64,000 bases of DNA, taken from contig JBDVXS010000100.1 of NCBI GenBank assembly GCA_039964305.1, positions 4,924-68,923 of the forward strand, read 5' to 3'. Under the pieces are notes generated by a model. That model ran no database searches and was not told the DNA's origin. It saw only the letters and a program-made list of their open reading frames with translations. The position numbers and the translations under genes are program-made. This document shows, piece by piece, positions 27,128-37,859 of this stretch. Numbering within the stretch: position 1 is the first letter of the stretch; each line of letters opens with the position of its first letter. Origin of the DNA: Hyphomicrobiales bacterium (GTDB lineage Bacteria > Pseudomonadota > Alphaproteobacteria > Rhizobiales > JACESI01).

Positions 27128-30042
27128 GTTCTGCTTCTGGTCGTCCCTTCCAATCATTGCCAATTTATGATGAAGAGCTAGCGCAAGAGCGGGTAGAGGA
27201 ATTCTTTGGTCGCCTAGAGGGCGAGGGGCAAGCAATCGCGGCTGCGATTAAGGCTGCCCCTACACGATTAAGCTTCCTATCTGCTACCATTTGCGCTGCG
27301 CCATTCATTCGAGATTGTTTGCTTGAGCACGCTGACTTCGCCGCTGACCTATTAGCTTTTCCTGAAGACGAAAAAATTACAACCCTCATCGAAGACGTGA
27401 CGGCGCTTGATCATCAAACAATTTCTGAAAGTGAATTGATGCAGGCCCTGCGTGGGTTGAAGCGGCAAATGGCATTGGGTCTTGCTCTGTTTGATCTTGG
27501 CGGTGTTTGGCCTATGGAGCGCGTCACAAGGGTTCTCTCAGAATTTGCAGATGCAGCTTTGCTTGTAGCTATTCGCTTCGCCTTGTTTCAAGAAACCCAG
27601 CGAGGAAAACTCCAACTTGCAAACAATGCCAAGCCTGAAGAAGACAGCGGCCTTATTGTGCTGGCTATGGGTAAACACGGGGCCTTTGAGCTTAATTATT
27701 CCAGCGACATCGACATCATCGTTTTTTATGAAACAAGCAAGGTGCAGATATCAGATCGATTTGAACTGCAACCAAGCCTTGTTCGCGTCACCAAACGGAT
27801 TGTCAAAATTCTGCAAGAACGTACCGAGCATGGCTATGTGTTTCGTACAGACTTGCGTTTGCGCCCTGATCCGGGGGCGACAGCGGTTGCGATTTCTACG
27901 GAAGCGGCCCTCAACTATTATGAGAGCATTGGACTGAACTGGGAGAGAGCCGCCTTTATCAAAGCACGGCCTGTATCTTGTGATGTTGAAGCAGCTGAAG
28001 CATTTTTAAAAGACCTCAGTCCGTTTGTGTGGCGTAAATATATGGACTTTGCGATGATCGCCGATGTCCATGCGATGAAGCGACAAACCCATCTTCATAA
28101 AGGACACGCGACCATTGCGCTCGCGGGTCATAATGTGAAGCTTGGACGCGGCGGTATTCGTGAAATTGAGTTTTTTGTGCAGACACAGCAGCTCATCGCT
28201 GGTGGCAGAAATTCTCAGTTGCGCGTAACAGGCACACTTGAAGGTCTGCAATTGCTTGCAGAAGCAGGGTGGATTGATGAGCAAACAGCCGAAGTGCTCT
28301 CAGACCATTATCGTTTCTTGCGCAATGTTGAGCACCGTATACAAATGCGTTTCGACGAGCAGACGCATACTTTACCAAAAGAGGATGACGCGTTCGAAGC
28401 GATTGGCTGCTTAATGGGGTTTGCAACGCGGACTGAGTTTGAGGCTGCATTGCTCGCCTGTTTTCAGTCTGTTTCTTCCCACTACGCCAATCTGTTTGAG
28501 GCTGACGATGAAGACGCATTATCAACCATTGCCTTTCCCGCAGACAATGATGACCCAGCCACATTGCAAGCTCTTGAAGAGCTAGGGTTTGAAAACAGTG
28601 TGCAGGTCTCAACGACCATTCGCCAATGGCAATCAGGGCATTATAAAGCCATGCGATCAGAGAAGGCGCGGGAAGCTTTGGCGGTTATGCTGCCGAAATT
28701 ATTGATGGCGCTTTCGCGTAATGGAACGCCAGATAGTGCTGTTTTTACTTTTGATGAGTTTTTGAAAAACTTGCCCGCAGGCGTGCAATTGTTCGGGCTG
28801 CTTAAAGCCAATGACCACCTGCTTGACCTGCTCGCATCTTTAATGGGCAGTGCACCGAGGCTTGCGCAGACGATAGCGCGGCGCCCGCATATTTTTGACG
28901 CGTTGTTAGAGCCTGCATTTTTTGGCACCATCCCAACATCGTCGCAATTGACAGAGCAATTGGCTCAGAGTTTTAACAATGCGATAGACTATCAAGATTG
29001 TCTTGATCGCGTCCGAATTTTCGTTCAAGAGCAGCGCTTCTTGATTGGCACGCGGCTCTTGTCAGGCACCATCACGCCGCAAGAATCTCAAACGCTTTAT
29101 TCTGATCTCGCCGATGTTGTCGCCGTTGGCCTTTTGCCGCTGGTGATGGAGGAGGTGGCGCGAAATCATGGGCTTGTTGGTGGTGCGGATGTAACCATTC
29201 TTGCCATGGGTAAATTGGGCGGACGCGAGATGTCGCCGACCTCAGACCTTGATTTGATCTTGATCTACGATGCTGACCCGAATGTCAGGGAATCGGACGG
29301 GCGCCGTCCTCTTGCCGTGAGCCAATATTTTGCGCGAGTAACGCAACGTTTCATTGCTGCGCTGTCAGCGCAGACAGGTGAGGGCGTTGCTTATGAAGTT
29401 GACATGCGTCTGCGGCCTTCAGGTAAAGCAGGGCCGCTTGCAACAGAAGTCGATAGTTTTGTCAGGTATCAAAATGAAGCGGCGTGGACATGGGAGCACC
29501 TGGCGCTAACACGGGCACGCGCGATTGGCGGTAGCGACGAATTGCGGGCGCGTATCAATGGTGCCATTGATGATGTGGTGAACAAAACGCGCGATTTGGC
29601 GACGCTACGAAAAGATGTGGCGGAGATGAATGATCGGTTACATGAGGCCAAAGAAGCGCGAACGGTTTTCGGGTTGAAAGAAGCACGCGGTGGCTTGGTG
29701 GATATCGAATTTATCGCCCAATTTATTCAACTGGCGGAAAGTAACAATGCGTCCACACGCTCACCCAATACGCGGCAGGCCTTGGTGAATTCCAATATCC
29801 CAGAAGTGCTGAACGTTGAAGATAAAGAGATACTGCTTGCAGCTTTCGATCTGTTTAGTGATCTCATTCAACTCATGCGTCTTTGCGTTGTGAATGAATT
29901 CGATCCGAACACGGCACCCAATGAGCTAAAAGAGCGGCTGTTTGATCAGGCCGATATGCCAGACTTTGCAAGGCTGGTTTCTCATTTGGAAGAAAGCCAG
30001 CTTGCCGTGCGGGCCATTTATCAAAAGCTGTTGGAACAATAG
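27124..30042 (+). CDS. glnE: Glutamine synthetase adenylyltransferase/deadenylyltransferase
   Basis: Duplicated NT domains: MGKHGAFELNYSSDID/DLRLRP and MGKLGGREM...SDLD/DMRLRPSG. Confidence 0.95.
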   Translation: MSSASGRPFQSLPIYDEELAQERVEEFFGRLEGEGQAIAAAIKAAPTRLSFLSATICAAPFIRDCLLEHADFAADLLAFPEDEKITTLIEDVTALDHQTISESELMQALRGLKRQMALGLALFDLGGVWPMERVTRVLSEFADAALLVAIRFALFQETQRGKLQLANNAKPEEDSGLIVLAMGKHGAFELNYSSDIDIIVFYETSKVQISDRFELQPSLVRVTKRIVKILQERTEHGYVFRTDLRLRPDPGATAVAISTEAALNYYESIGLNWERAAFIKARPVSCDVEAAEAFLKDLSPFVWRKYMDFAMIADVHAMKRQTHLHKGHATIALAGHNVKLGRGGIREIEFFVQTQQLIAGGRNSQLRVTGTLEGLQLLAEAGWIDEQTAEVLSDHYRFLRNVEHRIQMRFDEQTHTLPKEDDAFEAIGCLMGFATRTEFEAALLACFQSVSSHYANLFEADDEDALSTIAFPADNDDPATLQALEELGFENSVQVSTTIRQWQSGHYKAMRSEKAREALAVMLPKLLMALSRNGTPDSAVFTFDEFLKNLPAGVQLFGLLKANDHLLDLLASLMGSAPRLAQTIARRPHIFDALLEPAFFGTIPTSSQLTEQLAQSFNNAIDYQDCLDRVRIFVQEQRFLIGTRLLSGTITPQESQTLYSDLADVVAVGLLPLVMEEVARNHGLVGGADVTILAMGKLGGREMSPTSDLDLILIYDADPNVRESDGRRPLAVSQYFARVTQRFIAALSAQTGEGVAYEVDMRLRPSGKAGPLATEVDSFVRYQNEAAWTWEHLALTRARAIGGSDELRARINGAIDDVVNKTRDLATLRKDVAEMNDRLHEAKEARTVFGLKEARGGLVDIEFIAQFIQLAESNNASTRSPNTRQALVNSNIPEVLNVEDKEILLAAFDLFSDLIQLMRLCVVNEFDPNTAPNELKERLFDQADMPDFARLVSHLEESQLAVRAIYQKLLEQ

Positions 30043-30055
30043 CAACGAGCCATTG

Positions 30056-32404
30056 CTAAATCTCCATCGGCTTTACTTCAGGCAGTTTGGCATCTTCTAC
30101 AGAAAGCGGTAACTCAATGGTGACCGTTGTGCCTTCGCCAAGCGCTGACTTGATCGTCATCTCACCTTGGTGCATCTCCACAACCGACTTACAGATAGCA
30201 AGGCCTAAACCCGAGCCTGTGTGGTTTTTTGTGAATTGATTTTGCACCTGCTTAAACGGCTTGCAAACTTCTTTCAGCTGCTCTGATGCAATACCAATGC
30301 CTGTGTCTGAAACACTGACGGTCAACGTATCGTTCTGTTTTTTGGCAATGACTGTAACGAAGCCACCTGCTTGATTGAATTTGATCGCGTTGGTCAAAAG
30401 ATTATGGATGACTTGCTTCACCACACGACGGTCCGCATTGAGTCGAATGTCTTTTGATATTTCACTGTTGATGCTAACGCCGCTTAGTTCTGCATCAGCC
30501 ATTTTGCCGTCGATACAATTATTGATTACGTCGGTCGCATCAAAGCTCTCTTTGTCCAGTTGGAAACGTCCAGCTTCAATTTGCGACATGTCCAAAACAT
30601 CATTGATGAAGGCCAGCATATAGGTGCCACTCTTGTTGATGTCTTCACAGTATTCAGCGTATTTGTCGCTTCCAAGTGGCCCAAAAGCCCCTTGTTTCAT
30701 CATATCGGAAAACCCGATGATGGCATTGAGTGGCGTGCGCCATTCATGGGAAATATTGGCGAGAAACTCTGCTTTCTCACGGTTGGCATCTTGCGCGATT
30801 TCTTTTTGATGTGAATATTGAGCCGCGAGTTTGCGCAATTCTGTTTGCGAGTGTTCAAGATCACGCACCGATGCTTCAAGTTCCTGTTCGCGGGTGCGCA
30901 GTTCTTCTTGGTTGAGTTTGATCTTAGTGATGTCTGTACCAATGGTAACGTAGCACCCGTCATCTGTGCGGTGTTCGTTGATTTGTAGCCAGCGTCCATC
31001 GCTTAAAGCTGTTTCAAACGAACGGTTTTTGGCATCTGTTTGGTTGGTGTCTTCGTCCATGATGAGAGGCTGAGGGCCGTTGGCGTTGTTCATCACTTCG
31101 GCATATGGGGCGCCAGGGATAGCAAGTTCTGGTCGGATCTGATTAAGCTCGCGGTATTTCTCATTGCAAACAACGAGACGATTTTTCGCGTCCCATAATA
31201 CGAAAGCTTCTGAGAGCGTTTCAATTGAATCGCGCAGCCGACCGTTGGCAGTCTTATTGTCGCGTTCCAAACGAACTTGGTCAGAAACGTCGATACAAAT
31301 GCCAACAAGATGGGGAGGTTCATCTGCATGGGTGACAACCGCTTCGCCTTGAACACGAACCCATAGCCAATGGCCATCTGCATGGCGCATACGGTAGGTG
31401 TGATCCACCTGTTCGGTTTTACCGTCAAGAACACGTTCTGCTAATTCAAGCAGGTCAATGTCATCTTTATGGATGATTTCTGAAACTTCACCAAAACCGA
31501 TCAAAGCTTGTCTGGGAGGGAGGCCAAGAATTTCGTACATAGAGGGGGACCAAAAGGCGCGCCCCCGTGCAATGTCCCAATCCCATATGCCGCATTTGCC
31601 ATGAGTGAGGGCCGTATCAAATCGGTCATAGGTTTTGTGATAAATTCGATCGGCCTCATCAGCCCGCGCTGTCTGATTGAAGAAGGCGTAAAGGACGACT
31701 GTTAGAAGCAGGCCAGTGCCAATGAAGATGGAGGCGTTGAGACTAACGTCCGCGCGCCATTGTGTTAAAATGGCTTCGTTCGGCTGATAAACAGTCAAAG
31801 CGCCAATATTGCCACCAAGCTGGCGGGTGGTTGCGATTGCCTTCCCTTCAGTCTCCAGCATGGTCACAGTCATCACACCCGCACGCTCACCAAAAGTTAG
31901 GAGTGGCTGGGTTGGCTCTAAAAGGTCTGAGAGGTAGATATTTTGTTGGCCAAAATTTGGTTCTTGCGCGATTACTTTGCCCATATGATCTGTAATCAGC
32001 AAAACGCGACCATCTTTGGTTGAGCCATTTGGTGCGTAGTCTGCAAGCGCTGCGATGAGTTTGTTTGAAAGTTGATGCGCTGGGGTATCTGGTGAAACCG
32101 ATGCGAGGTCTTTTTCAAGAAGCGATGTAATGAGCGTGAGGTTTTCTTCAGCGCGTATAAGGGTCTCTTTGTGATTTTCCCAAATTTGTGCGCCACGTGC
32201 CAGACCTATAAGGACGATGAAGGTTATGATGAAAACGGGTATTAGTCGTCTGAACCACGGCTCTGCATCAAGTAGTTTTTGGTAGGTTGGATGAGCGATA
32301 ATTCTCGCGTGCCCGCTGGCCGACGAAGAATTTTCGTCTCGCTGCCAAAAGGTTAGAATCCCCCGTATAGCCGCATAAGCGCTAGCTCCTTGCGTCATAA
32401 TCAT
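30056..32404 (-). CDS. pleC: PAS sensor histidine kinase PleC
   Basis: HPTYQKLL.AEPWFRR N-terminus, CGIWDWDIARG PAS, FLANISHEWRTPLNAIIGFS; between glnE and pepN as in rhizobia. Confidence 0.85.
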   Translation of the reverse strand: MIMTQGASAYAAIRGILTFWQRDENSSSASGHARIIAHPTYQKLLDAEPWFRRLIPVFIITFIVLIGLARGAQIWENHKETLIRAEENLTLITSLLEKDLASVSPDTPAHQLSNKLIAALADYAPNGSTKDGRVLLITDHMGKVIAQEPNFGQQNIYLSDLLEPTQPLLTFGERAGVMTVTMLETEGKAIATTRQLGGNIGALTVYQPNEAILTQWRADVSLNASIFIGTGLLLTVVLYAFFNQTARADEADRIYHKTYDRFDTALTHGKCGIWDWDIARGRAFWSPSMYEILGLPPRQALIGFGEVSEIIHKDDIDLLELAERVLDGKTEQVDHTYRMRHADGHWLWVRVQGEAVVTHADEPPHLVGICIDVSDQVRLERDNKTANGRLRDSIETLSEAFVLWDAKNRLVVCNEKYRELNQIRPELAIPGAPYAEVMNNANGPQPLIMDEDTNQTDAKNRSFETALSDGRWLQINEHRTDDGCYVTIGTDITKIKLNQEELRTREQELEASVRDLEHSQTELRKLAAQYSHQKEIAQDANREKAEFLANISHEWRTPLNAIIGFSDMMKQGAFGPLGSDKYAEYCEDINKSGTYMLAFINDVLDMSQIEAGRFQLDKESFDATDVINNCIDGKMADAELSGVSINSEISKDIRLNADRRVVKQVIHNLLTNAIKFNQAGGFVTVIAKKQNDTLTVSVSDTGIGIASEQLKEVCKPFKQVQNQFTKNHTGSGLGLAICKSVVEMHQGEMTIKSALGEGTTVTIELPLSVEDAKLPEVKPMEI

Positions 32405-32444
32405 CCCCGTATTTTTGTTTTTTTAGATCCAGCGCCACCCTGCC

Positions 32445-32519
32445 GAATCACCCCTATTTGAATCGACGCGAATCGACTTGTCTAGAGTCCCGAATCAATA
32501 AATTTTAATTATTTGTTAG
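32445..32519 (-). promoter_or_regulatory. pleC upstream region: five GANTC (CcrM) sites and a CtrA-like box
   Basis: GANTC at 32445, 32460, 32470, 32485, 32492; TTAA-N7-TTAG at 32505-32519. Confidence 0.65.
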
Positions 32520-32555
32520 GGATTAGGAAAAACCTTTTGAAACAAAGGGGATTGC

Positions 32556-35210
32556 TTAATTTCCGAGGGTGCGGTTCACGATGTCACGCACGTCAGTCGA
32601 CAAGCCAGCGCTATTTGAGATGCGTTTTAGCGCCCGTCCTGCCCGTTCGCGGCGATTTGGTTCAAGCATGGTCCAACTGCTAAAGCAGGTTAAGAGCCGA
32701 GCTGCCACTTGTGGGTTAACATCATCTAAGTCGACAATGAGGTTTGACACAAATTGATAGCCAGCACCATCGGCGCGATTGAATTGCACCTGATTGCCGT
32801 TTGCAAAACTACCAATCAAAGCGCGGATACGATTTGGATTGGTAATTGAGAAACTTGGGTGGCGCATAAGCTCTTTTACAGTCGCGAGTGCTTCTTCCTG
32901 TGGGGCCATAGCCTGAGCAGCAAACCATTTGTCCATTACAAGCGGGTTGGTGCGGTAGCGTCTGTCAAAGTCGTTAAGGACATCAGCTGCCGTGTCATGT
33001 TTGTTGAGCACGAGAGCAGATAGAGCGGCGAAACGATCTGTGAGATTGTCTGCTTCGTCATATTGTTGTTTGGCGAAGCGGCGGCCATCGGGTCCGTATT
33101 TACAAAGCATGGCAAGTGCTGAGTTTTTGAGGTTGCGTTGTCCAACTTGCTCGCCACTTGGGTCATAGGGCACACGAACTTGGTTTTTCTCAAAAACCGA
33201 AATCAAGGTCTCGCCTGAGCGCTTCACCAGCTCTTGTTTTAGCCATTCTGTTGCTTGATGGATAATTGCAGGGTCAACATCTTCGCGGAGTTGTTGCGCA
33301 ATATCGGCATCTGTTGGGAAGGCTAAGAACTGCGCTCTAAAAGACGGTTCAAGAGCCTCATCAGCAATGGATGCATCAACGGCATCAAAGAAGTGGTCGT
33401 AATTGTCTTGGACGTCTGCGCCAGTTTTGAGCGCATTGACTTTTTCAAGCAGGATGCGAACGGCAAGTGTTTGCATTGCTTGCCAGCGATTAAACGGATC
33501 GCTGTCCTTTGCGGCCAAATGAATGAGATCATTCACTGAAAGCGCAATGTCCAATTTGACGGGGGCTGAAAACCCTCTCAGCAAGGACGGAACAGGGCGC
33601 TCTTTCAAGCCGGAAAATACAACTTCTTGGCTGACTTGCGTCAAATGTAAAACATCGCCCGTAACGTTTGCGCCTTGCACATCACTATAGCTGAGGTCAG
33701 TGCCATCTTGGCCAACCAGCGCAAAGCGAATTGGAATGTGTAGCGGCTTCTTAGATGACTGCCCCGGTGTTGGGGATGTGGTTTGTGTCAGCTCTAAGGT
33801 CGCAGTGCCTTTTGCTTCGTTGTAAGAATAGCCTACCAGCACATTTGGTGTGCCTGCTTGTTGATACCATGTTTTGAAATGTGAAAGATCGCCTTGCCCG
33901 CCTTCTTCGAGGGCTGCAATGAAATCTTCAATTGTTGCAGCATCGCCATCGTGTCGATCAAAGTAAAGGTCGAGCCCTTTGGAGAAATTATCGTCCCCCA
34001 AAATAGTCTTGATCATGCGCACCAGTTCGGCGCCTTTTTCATAAACGGTTGCCGTATAGAAGTTGTTTATCTCGTGATAAACTTCAGGACGGACGGGGTG
34101 TGCAAGCGGGCTTGCATCTTCTGGGAATTGGCGCGCACGCAATTGCCGAACATCGTTGATCCGCTTTACTGGCCGCGAGCGCATATCGGATGTGAATTCT
34201 TGATCGCGGAAAACAGTAAGGCCTTCTTTCAAGCAAAGCTGGAACCAGTCACGGCAGGTGATCCGGTTGCCAGTCCAATTGTGAAAATACTCATGCGCGA
34301 TGATGGCTTCAATGTTGACATAGTCAGCATCCGTCGCAGTCTTGGTGTCAGCCAGTACGTATTTGTCGTTGAAGATGTTGAGGCCTTTGTTTTCCATGGC
34401 CCCCATGTTGAAATCGCTAACAGCGACAATCATGAAAATGTCGAGGTCATATTCGCGACCAAACACTTCTTCGTCCCATTTCATGCAGCGCTTCAAAGAT
34501 AGCATGGCCCAATCGCACAAATGCTCTTTGCCGCGCTCGACATAAATTCGAAGCTCGACCTCGCGGCCACTCATGGTCGTAAACGTATCTGAGATATGCG
34601 CGAGATCACCAGCAACCAAGGCAAACAGATATGACGGTTTTGGGTGTGGGTCGTGCCAAATGGCATAACAACGATCTGTGCCTGGAATCGATCCTTTTTC
34701 GACCATATTGCCATTGCCGAGCAGGTCTTTAATTTCTCGCGCTGCGCCTTCAATGCGGGTTGTGTATTTGGTCAGCACGTCTGGGCGATCTAGGAAATAG
34801 GTAATCCGTCGAAAACCTTCTGCCTCACACTGTGTGCAATAAATACCAGAACTTAGATAAAGCCCCATCAACTTCGTATTTGTGGTCGGATTGATACGCG
34901 TTGTGATTTGAAGCTCGAAAGGACCGTCTGGAATTTTCGGAATAACCAATTCGCTAGGCGTCATGTTGTAAGCGTTGATTGGTAGGTCATGCTTGTTGAT
35001 GCTAACAAAGTCTAATGCCAACTCGTCACCACACAGCACGAGGGGAGCATCCTTATCTGACTCTGAATTCGCGACCCGTTCAATTGTCATAGTTGAAATG
35101 ACAACCGTCTGCTCAGGGTCCAAACGGATGTCTAAATATATGTCATGAACTGTAAAATCTGGTGCTTTGTAATCGACTAGATTCACTGATTGCCCGCTGT
35201 TCGTACGCAT
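32556..35210 (-). CDS. pepN: Aminopeptidase N (M1 family)
   Basis: CTQCEAEGFRRIT, GAMENKG, HEYFH-x18-E. Confidence 0.97.
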   Translation of the reverse strand: MRTNSGQSVNLVDYKAPDFTVHDIYLDIRLDPEQTVVISTMTIERVANSESDKDAPLVLCGDELALDFVSINKHDLPINAYNMTPSELVIPKIPDGPFELQITTRINPTTNTKLMGLYLSSGIYCTQCEAEGFRRITYFLDRPDVLTKYTTRIEGAAREIKDLLGNGNMVEKGSIPGTDRCYAIWHDPHPKPSYLFALVAGDLAHISDTFTTMSGREVELRIYVERGKEHLCDWAMLSLKRCMKWDEEVFGREYDLDIFMIVAVSDFNMGAMENKGLNIFNDKYVLADTKTATDADYVNIEAIIAHEYFHNWTGNRITCRDWFQLCLKEGLTVFRDQEFTSDMRSRPVKRINDVRQLRARQFPEDASPLAHPVRPEVYHEINNFYTATVYEKGAELVRMIKTILGDDNFSKGLDLYFDRHDGDAATIEDFIAALEEGGQGDLSHFKTWYQQAGTPNVLVGYSYNEAKGTATLELTQTTSPTPGQSSKKPLHIPIRFALVGQDGTDLSYSDVQGANVTGDVLHLTQVSQEVVFSGLKERPVPSLLRGFSAPVKLDIALSVNDLIHLAAKDSDPFNRWQAMQTLAVRILLEKVNALKTGADVQDNYDHFFDAVDASIADEALEPSFRAQFLAFPTDADIAQQLREDVDPAIIHQATEWLKQELVKRSGETLISVFEKNQVRVPYDPSGEQVGQRNLKNSALAMLCKYGPDGRRFAKQQYDEADNLTDRFAALSALVLNKHDTAADVLNDFDRRYRTNPLVMDKWFAAQAMAPQEEALATVKELMRHPSFSITNPNRIRALIGSFANGNQVQFNRADGAGYQFVSNLIVDLDDVNPQVAARLLTCFSSWTMLEPNRRERAGRALKRISNSAGLSTDVRDIVNRTLGN

Positions 35211-35500
35211 TCAAAATACCCATCTATAGATCTCAATGTGTGGAAACCGCGCACACCCACACTTTTTAACTTTCGTAAAGCGCCGTGTCGCCTCAACTTC
35301 AATCACATTGTGCTGATAGTTCTCTTTTTCGTGATGTCTTGCGTGATGATTGTCAAGTTTTTCACGAATCGTTCACGATAAAACGCAACGCCTTTTCCAT
35401 GTTTTTATGAGATAAATTGAGGAAAGTTGGTGTAATATCGGAAATCAGCGTGGCGATGGCGGGACCATAAAGCCAAAATTGCCAAAACTGGGGATGTTAA

Positions 35501-36790
35501 ATGAGTACCGATCGTGGTGAGCGTGCGCTCGAGATTTTGGCTGAGAATGACCGTGGTGGATATACTATTCCAACCGCCGGACTTTATCCATTTCAATGGA
35601 ACTGGGATTCTGCCTTCGTCGCCCTTGGCTTTGCCTCTTTTGATGAAAATCGCGCATGGTTGGAAATTGAAAATCTATTGCAAGGCCAATGGCAAAACGG
35701 TTTCCTGCCGCATATCGTGTTTCGCCGCGATGATCCGACCTATTTTCCTGGGCCTTCTGAATGGGGCACCGAGAAACATCATTGGATGCCAACATCAGGC
35801 ATTTCACAGCCGCCAGTTCTTGCAACCATTGTGCGTGAAATCGTTCAAAAAAGCACAACAGGCCTTGGCCAACAGCGCGCAAAGCCGCTGTTTGAAAAGT
35901 TATTAAATTGGCACCGTTGGTACCATGAGAACCGTGACCCAGATGGAACAGGTTTGATTGCGACCGCCCACCCTTGGGAAACGGGACGAGATAATCTGCC
36001 TGATTGGGATGAGCCACTTGGCAACATCGATATTTCGGATCTTGAAAGTTATGTGCGCAAGGATGTGATCCACGTCAATCAGGATATGCGCCCGCAGCAA
36101 TATGATTATGATCGCTATGTGCGCCTTGTTCATTTTGGTCGTGATTGCGGTTGGGACAGGGAAACGATTGCACGCAAAAACCCGTTCTGGGTGGCAGATG
36201 TTGGTTTGACTTGCATATTGCTTCGCGCTGATCGCGATTTATTGGCTCTTGCAAAAATGTTTGGTGAGGATGATGCCGTTGCTCAGTTGGAGCGCTGGGT
36301 TAGCAAAGGCGAAGAGGGTGTCGAGAAACTCTGGAATGATGAAGTGTTCGGTTATACGTCCCTTGATCTTCGCACGGGTAAGCGCAGCAATATGTTGAAT
36401 GCAGGCACACTGCTACCGTTTTATGCAGGTGTTTCTAACCCTAACCATACAGATGCTCTTCTTGGCCATATGGCGCGTTGGTGGGAAAAGGTGGAGTTTG
36501 GCGTGCCAAGTTTTGACCCAGATCATAAAGAGTTCGATTCCATTCGTTATTGGCGCGGCCCTGTTTGGGCTGTGGTGAACTGGCTCATTGCGCGTGGTCT
36601 TGCAGACGAGGGCTTTAATCTTCAAGCAAATCGCGTCAAATCGAATACGATTGATTTGATTGAAAACGCAGGTTTTCGCGAGAATTTTTGTCCTGCAACT
36701 GGCATGGGTTGTGGTGGCCATGAGTTCTCATGGACAGCAGCAATTTGGCTCGATTTAAAACATCAAAATGCTGCCCAAGCTGCGGCTTAA
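35501..36790 (+). CDS. MGH1-like glycoside hydrolase (GH63-related; mannosyl/glucosylglycerate hydrolase-like)
   Basis: LYPFQWNWDSAF, SQPP, HPWETGRDN, YWRGPVW, FSWTAA. Confidence 0.85.
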   Translation: MSTDRGERALEILAENDRGGYTIPTAGLYPFQWNWDSAFVALGFASFDENRAWLEIENLLQGQWQNGFLPHIVFRRDDPTYFPGPSEWGTEKHHWMPTSGISQPPVLATIVREIVQKSTTGLGQQRAKPLFEKLLNWHRWYHENRDPDGTGLIATAHPWETGRDNLPDWDEPLGNIDISDLESYVRKDVIHVNQDMRPQQYDYDRYVRLVHFGRDCGWDRETIARKNPFWVADVGLTCILLRADRDLLALAKMFGEDDAVAQLERWVSKGEEGVEKLWNDEVFGYTSLDLRTGKRSNMLNAGTLLPFYAGVSNPNHTDALLGHMARWWEKVEFGVPSFDPDHKEFDSIRYWRGPVWAVVNWLIARGLADEGFNLQANRVKSNTIDLIENAGFRENFCPATGMGCGGHEFSWTAAIWLDLKHQNAAQAAA

Positions 36791-36951
36791 ACCTTGGTGC
36801 TTATTCAATACCTTCCCCTATAGCTTTTTGGGTCGCATTCAGTGCGGCTTATTTTGTTCGCTTTGGTCGCAAATGGGCTTGTGTTGAACCCATTGGCGTG
36901 AGACGTTCGCGTTGAATTTAGATGGACGACTGGGAATTGGGGAATAGTTTG

Positions 36952-37845
36952 ATGATCATTGATGGCAAAGCCGTTGGCGCAGAGGTTGTTGAAAAGGTGA
37001 AAGCTGGTACGCAAGACTTGATTGCGAAGACGGGTGTAACACCGGGCATTGCTGTTGTGATTGTTGGTGAAGATCCAGCCAGTCAGGTTTATGTGCGCAA
37101 TAAAGGTCTTCGGGCTGAAGAATGTGGCTTTAAATCCATTACGCACAAACTGCCGGAAGAGACGTCAGAAGAAGACCTCTTAGCACTCGTCAGTCAGTTA
37201 AACGGCGATGACAGCATTCACGGTATCTTGGTGCAGCTTCCTGTTCCAGACCATATTGATGATGGCAAAGTTATTCAGACAATTGCTCAACACAAAGACG
37301 TTGATGGCTTCCATTTCATCAATGTCGGCATGCTTGGTACGGGAGAGACAGACAAGGCGCTTGTTCCTTGCACGCCAGCAGGGTCCATGGTGCTGCTTCG
37401 CCAAGCCCGTGGTGATGATTTGTCAGGCCTTCATGCTGTTGTGGTTGGTCGTTCAAATATTGTTGGCAAGCCAATGGCGAACCTTTTGTTGCAAGCCAAT
37501 GCGACGGTGACTGTCGCTCATAGTCGCACGAAAGACCTACCCGCTGTATGCCGCGAAGCGGATATTCTTGTTGCAGCTGTTGGCCGTCCTGAAATGATCA
37601 AAGGCGATTGGGTGAAGCCGGGTGCAACCGTGATTGATGTGGGTATCAACCGCATCGACGCACCAGAACGCGGTGAGGGTAAATCCCGCCTTGTGGGCGA
37701 TGTTGCTTATGATGAAGCTTTCCCTGTGGCGGGTGCCATCACGCCCGTTCCAGGTGGTGTTGGTCCGATGACCATTGCCATGTTGATGGCAAACACCTTG
37801 AAAGCAGCATGCGTTGCTACAGGCGCAGAGGCGCCTTCAATCTAG
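36952..37845 (+). CDS. folD: Methylenetetrahydrofolate dehydrogenase/cyclohydrolase
   Basis: [38 protein letters not shown]. Confidence 0.97.
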   Translation: MIIDGKAVGAEVVEKVKAGTQDLIAKTGVTPGIAVVIVGEDPASQVYVRNKGLRAEECGFKSITHKLPEETSEEDLLALVSQLNGDDSIHGILVQLPVPDHIDDGKVIQTIAQHKDVDGFHFINVGMLGTGETDKALVPCTPAGSMVLLRQARGDDLSGLHAVVVGRSNIVGKPMANLLLQANATVTVAHSRTKDLPAVCREADILVAAVGRPEMIKGDWVKPGATVIDVGINRIDAPERGEGKSRLVGDVAYDEAFPVAGAITPVPGGVGPMTIAMLMANTLKAACVATGAEAPSI

Positions 37846-37859
37846 TTGAGATTATTCGC

